Of a stretch of DNA of 64,000 bases, positions 60,953-64,000 are shown piece by piece. Made by a program: the position numbers and the translations under genes. Numbering within the stretch: position 1 is the stretch's first letter; each line of letters opens with the position of its first letter. The stretch is from IMG/VR virus record IMGVR_UViG_3300035681_000004, one strand, 5' to 3'. Source of the DNA: an uncultured virus (IMG/VR IMGVR_UViG_3300035681_000004) (Duplodnaviria > Heunggongvirae > Uroviricota > Caudoviricetes). The notes below the pieces were generated by a model, which did no database searches, had not been told where the DNA came from, and saw only the letters and a program-made list of their open reading frames with translations.

Positions 60953-61256
60953 GTTCTGCCAAATAATCGACCCACCACTGGGGGTCTCTTTGATATTTCC
61001 AGTTGGGAACTTCTTTGCCGTGTTCAAAGTACCATCGCCATATTGCTTCATCGATTACTTCAGCAATCTCAATCCTTCTCTGCCTCTTCATCAACGTCTC
61101 CATATGCATTTTCCACGTAGGGTCCGTGCTCTCGTTTGGAATCTTCTCGGACATAATTGACTTCTGATACGCTAGAGGACAACCAGACAGATACTTTCAT
61201 TATAAGATATATAACCGCTAGTGGAAGAAAACAAAGTGAAAGTATGACGGCGTGTT

Positions 61257-61457
61257 TCATTGATTTTTTCGATCATACTGATGCCACTTACACCATCCAT
61301 CAGGTGAAATCTTACCTTTCACAGCAGTGCAAGCATTGGGTGGTCTCCACATATTACAATTAGAGCACTTTTCATTACCCTTTGGTTCATTCTGATATTT
61401 TGCAGTCGCTTTTGATGCTTTTTCTTCTTCTGATAAAAATTCTTGAAATGATTTCAT
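61257..61457 (-). CDS. High-potential iron-sulfur protein (HiPIP)-like, with a capsid-targeting N-terminus
   Basis: MKSFQEFLSEEE followed by AKYQNEPKGNEKCSNCNMWRPPNACTAVKGKISPDGWCKWH (Y, CxxC, C, GWC ligand pattern). Confidence 0.8.
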   Translation of the reverse strand: MKSFQEFLSEEEKASKATAKYQNEPKGNEKCSNCNMWRPPNACTAVKGKISPDGWCKWHQYDRKNQ

Positions 61458-61989
61458 TATTCTTTCTCCAAACACTTCTCAAATTTATCTCTCAACTCAT
61501 TTAACTTAGTTTGATGTTGAAACTCCATAATATGTTCGTTAATTTCTTTTTCTTGATCAGTGAATTCCATACGATACTTTGTCTTAATATCAATCAAGCG
61601 CACCATATCCATATAATGCTCTGGACTTTTATTTACAAACTCTTCGTAGGTCAATCCCGAGTCCTCCAATCGGTTTCGTCTTCATCACGTTTAAACCAGT
61701 CAAGAAGTTCATCAGGACTATCAAATCCTCTCCTACCAAATCTTTCGTGCCCTAAACCACCAATATCCATTGAGTTTAGGAAATCATCCATTTCATCCAT
61801 ATTAGGGTTTTCTGCTTTACGTCTTGCCTGACGTAGTATTGTGGCAGCAGAACGATTTGCTTTCGCAAGTTTTTCTGCCCAAATCATATCTTCCAAACTC
61901 ACTTCTTCGTGAAGTACAATCTTCTCACAGATTGCTTCAAGTCTCAACCGATACTGCGTAGAGAGCATAAGAATTACCAGATATAGGGT

Positions 61990-61997
61990 TATTTATT
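61990..61997 (-). promoter_or_regulatory. Late promoter AATAAATA heading the operon that contains the HiPIP gene
   Basis: xATAAATA 22 nt upstream of the ATG at 61968. Confidence 0.6.
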
Positions 61998-62822
61998 TTT
62001 ATATTCGTCCATCAACTCTTTTGCGAGTTTCATAGAACGACGCCACATTAGATATTTTACCACAGGATTACGTGGATTGTTCAATAACCACCACTTTTGT
62101 TTCTCAAAGTTAGATTTTGCTAACTTTGCAAGATAATAAAAAGCAGCAGCGACACTATCATCCGTTGCGATGAAGTATGCCACTACTGCGAATACGATAA
62201 ACCAAGCATAGTAAGTCATCGTCTTAAATTTTTTAGGTAGTCTAGCACGTGCCCACGCACTGCCATCAATTCGTGATAGCATTTCTGATTATGAGAACAT
62301 TGACGAAGTTCGTGATCTGGTTTATGAACACTCTCAATAAACAGATCAAGACCACGATTCCATTTGACTTCAGGAGTTTCTTCCATAATGTGTAATACTG
62401 CTACACTATTTAACCGAAAAATTGTTCAACAGTTGAAGTTTTCTTTTTAGAAGCCTTAACTTGTTTTAAAATATAAGATTTAGCAGTTGCATAGTTGTTG
62501 GCAGTGTGAACTTGTTCTCCGTTATGAATGATAACAAATTTCTTACCCCAAGGAACTGCTGCCCACATTCCATCCTTAGTCACATAACCATTCGGACTTC
62601 CTGGTTTAGGATTAAAAATACCTTCGTTTTGGGTGTTCATCCAAATACCGCAGTTACACTGATAATTTTAGCCTTAGGATTACGAGCAAGTGCAGTTTGT
62701 TTTGCATCTTGATAGTCACGTGCTTCAACAATTTCATCAAAGACTTTACCAGCAACAAAAAGTTGAACTTTGCAGCGCATTGGGTGGATTCCTCCTGATG
62801 TGTAGGTAGTTTAGCAGAAAAA

Positions 62823-64000
62823 TCAGCGTTTGACAACGCTGATGGCAGGTTGCCCTTGGTTGAACACGGTATCCACCACCGCTTGGACCTTCTTAGCGGT
62901 GCTGATGCCCACAGAAGAGTAGACAGGAATGCAGACCAGTCCGAAGGACTTGGTGTAGTCCTGAAGGGCACCAGGGGTGATCCTGCCGCTGCTGAGACCC
63001 TCTGCATCGTCCTTATGCAGGCGAATGACCCGCCCAATGGTCTGGGAGATCCCAATGTAGTCCATCGACCGCATAAACAGCACTGCCTCCAGACCAGACA
63101 CGTTGATACCCTCAGACAGAATGCTGTGGTGCAGCACTACAAACTTCTTGTCGATGTCCTTGCCCCAAGCAGAGAGAGTGTCGAAGAACACCTCACGGTT
63201 GACCTTCTGACCGTCAATCACAGCACCAGTCTTAGACGTGATGTACATCCAGGAGAAACCACGGTCCTCCAGTTGCTTACAGAAATCAGTCTGCGAAACC
63301 AAAGAAACGATCTGCTTGGTTGCCTTGGAGCAGATCAGAACCTTGCCCACCTCCTGAGCATCAATCGTCTGAATCAGATTCTCACAGTCAACATCAGCAA
63401 CGATCTGACCTTTGGAGAGCATTTCAAACTGCTGAACAACAACTTTAGGAGGAACAATGAAACCACCGTCCACCAGTTCGGGAGCAGGAACATTGCAAAT
63501 CACGTTGCCATAAACGGCAGCGTCATTCATGCCAGGTTTGGAAACAGTAGCAGAATGCTTAGGAGTAGCAGTGAAGAAGTAGCAGCGGTCAGCAGTAGAA
63601 GCGAAGTGCTCCGTAGCAGGGAAAAAGTGACGCTGAACGCTGTTATGTGCTTCATCGAAGTAGATGGTATCAACGTGAAGATCTGCTTGCTGCAGGCGCT
63701 GCAGAGAGTTGTAGGTAGTGAAGATCAGTTGATGCTTGTAGGCACGGCGAGACCAGTTGTAGATTTCAGAAGGTTTGGTCGTACTTTGATGATGAGTTTC
63801 ACCACTATGGACGTGCAGAACAGCAGCAGTCGTGATAAACTCAAGAAACTCACTAGACAGTTGTTCTGCCAATAGAATGCGAGGAGCAACAACTACAATA
63901 GTCTTAGGAGTATCAGATTGAAACTCACGAATCGCATCAAAGATGGCAACGTTGGTCTTGCCAGAACCAGTCGGCATGATCACCTGACCAATACGATGCT
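62823..64000 (-). CDS. SF2 DEAH helicase (ResIII-like); 5' end lies outside the window
   Basis: The frame is open to the window edge. PTGSGKT, DEAH, FTATP, SEGINV and QTIGRVIR; paralog of 51984..53447. Confidence 0.85.
   Translation of the reverse strand, partial: HRIGQVIMPTGSGKTNVAIFDAIREFQSDTPKTIVVVAPRILLAEQLSSEFLEFITTAAVLHVHSGETHHQSTTKPSEIYNWSRRAYKHQLIFTTYNSLQRLQQADLHVDTIYFDEAHNSVQRHFFPATEHFASTADRCYFFTATPKHSATVSKPGMNDAAVYGNVICNVPAPELVDGGFIVPPKVVVQQFEMLSKGQIVADVDCENLIQTIDAQEVGKVLICSKATKQIVSLVSQTDFCKQLEDRGFSWMYITSKTGAVIDGQKVNREVFFDTLSAWGKDIDKKFVVLHHSILSEGINVSGLEAVLFMRSMDYIGISQTIGRVIRLHKDDAEGLSSGRITPGALQDYTKSFGLVCIPVYSSVGISTAKKVQAVVDTVFNQGQPAISVVKR

Larger units (their letters stand above)
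55517..62780 (-). other. Dense array of short hypothetical genes
   Basis: More than 25 tandem minus-strand ORFs of about 50-175 aa with ATGA/TAATG overlaps. Confidence 0.7.

Noticed and set aside
60698..61051. 117-aa ORF as called by the ORF track
   Set aside because: Its 5' half overlaps another gene and a perfect promoter; the real start is probably near 60901.
62850..63875. 341-aa + strand ORF
   Set aside because: Antisense shadow of the helicase gene, with no recognisable motifs; explained by codon bias.

Overview
This is a 64-kb segment of a T4-like cyanomyovirus (Kyanoviridae-like, probably freshwater). Almost every gene is on the minus strand. Positions 1-29.7 kb hold a late structural block: probable head-internal proteins, terminase small subunit gp16, gp15, a frameshifted HNH endonuclease, gp14, gp13, a VrlC-like 2397-aa protein, and baseplate gp8, gp7, gp6 and gp25, with T4-type late promoters (xATAAATA). 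Positions 29.7-32.3 kb carry speD, an ATP-grasp-like gene, a glycosyltransferase-like gene and an AbrB-like gene. Positions 32.4-64 kb are an early/accessory region of many short genes behind a repeated early-promoter cassette. It contains a GC-rich island of cassettes with a shared leader (including a solo HicA), an RNA-ligase-like gene, a repeat-rich non-coding locus next to an apparently nuclease-dead GIY-YIG gene, DNA methyltransferases, cp12, a ferredoxin-dependent bilin reductase and sugar-nucleotide enzymes. The top candidates for new biology are (1) a HiPIP-type Fe-S protein fused to a T4-type capsid-targeting peptide, (2) a four-gene 'disassembled' Type ISP-like nuclease/helicase/split-methyltransferase cluster, (3) the repeated-leader cassette array and (4) the repeat locus with its GIY-YIG gene. 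All calls come from motif recognition by eye; no searches were run.
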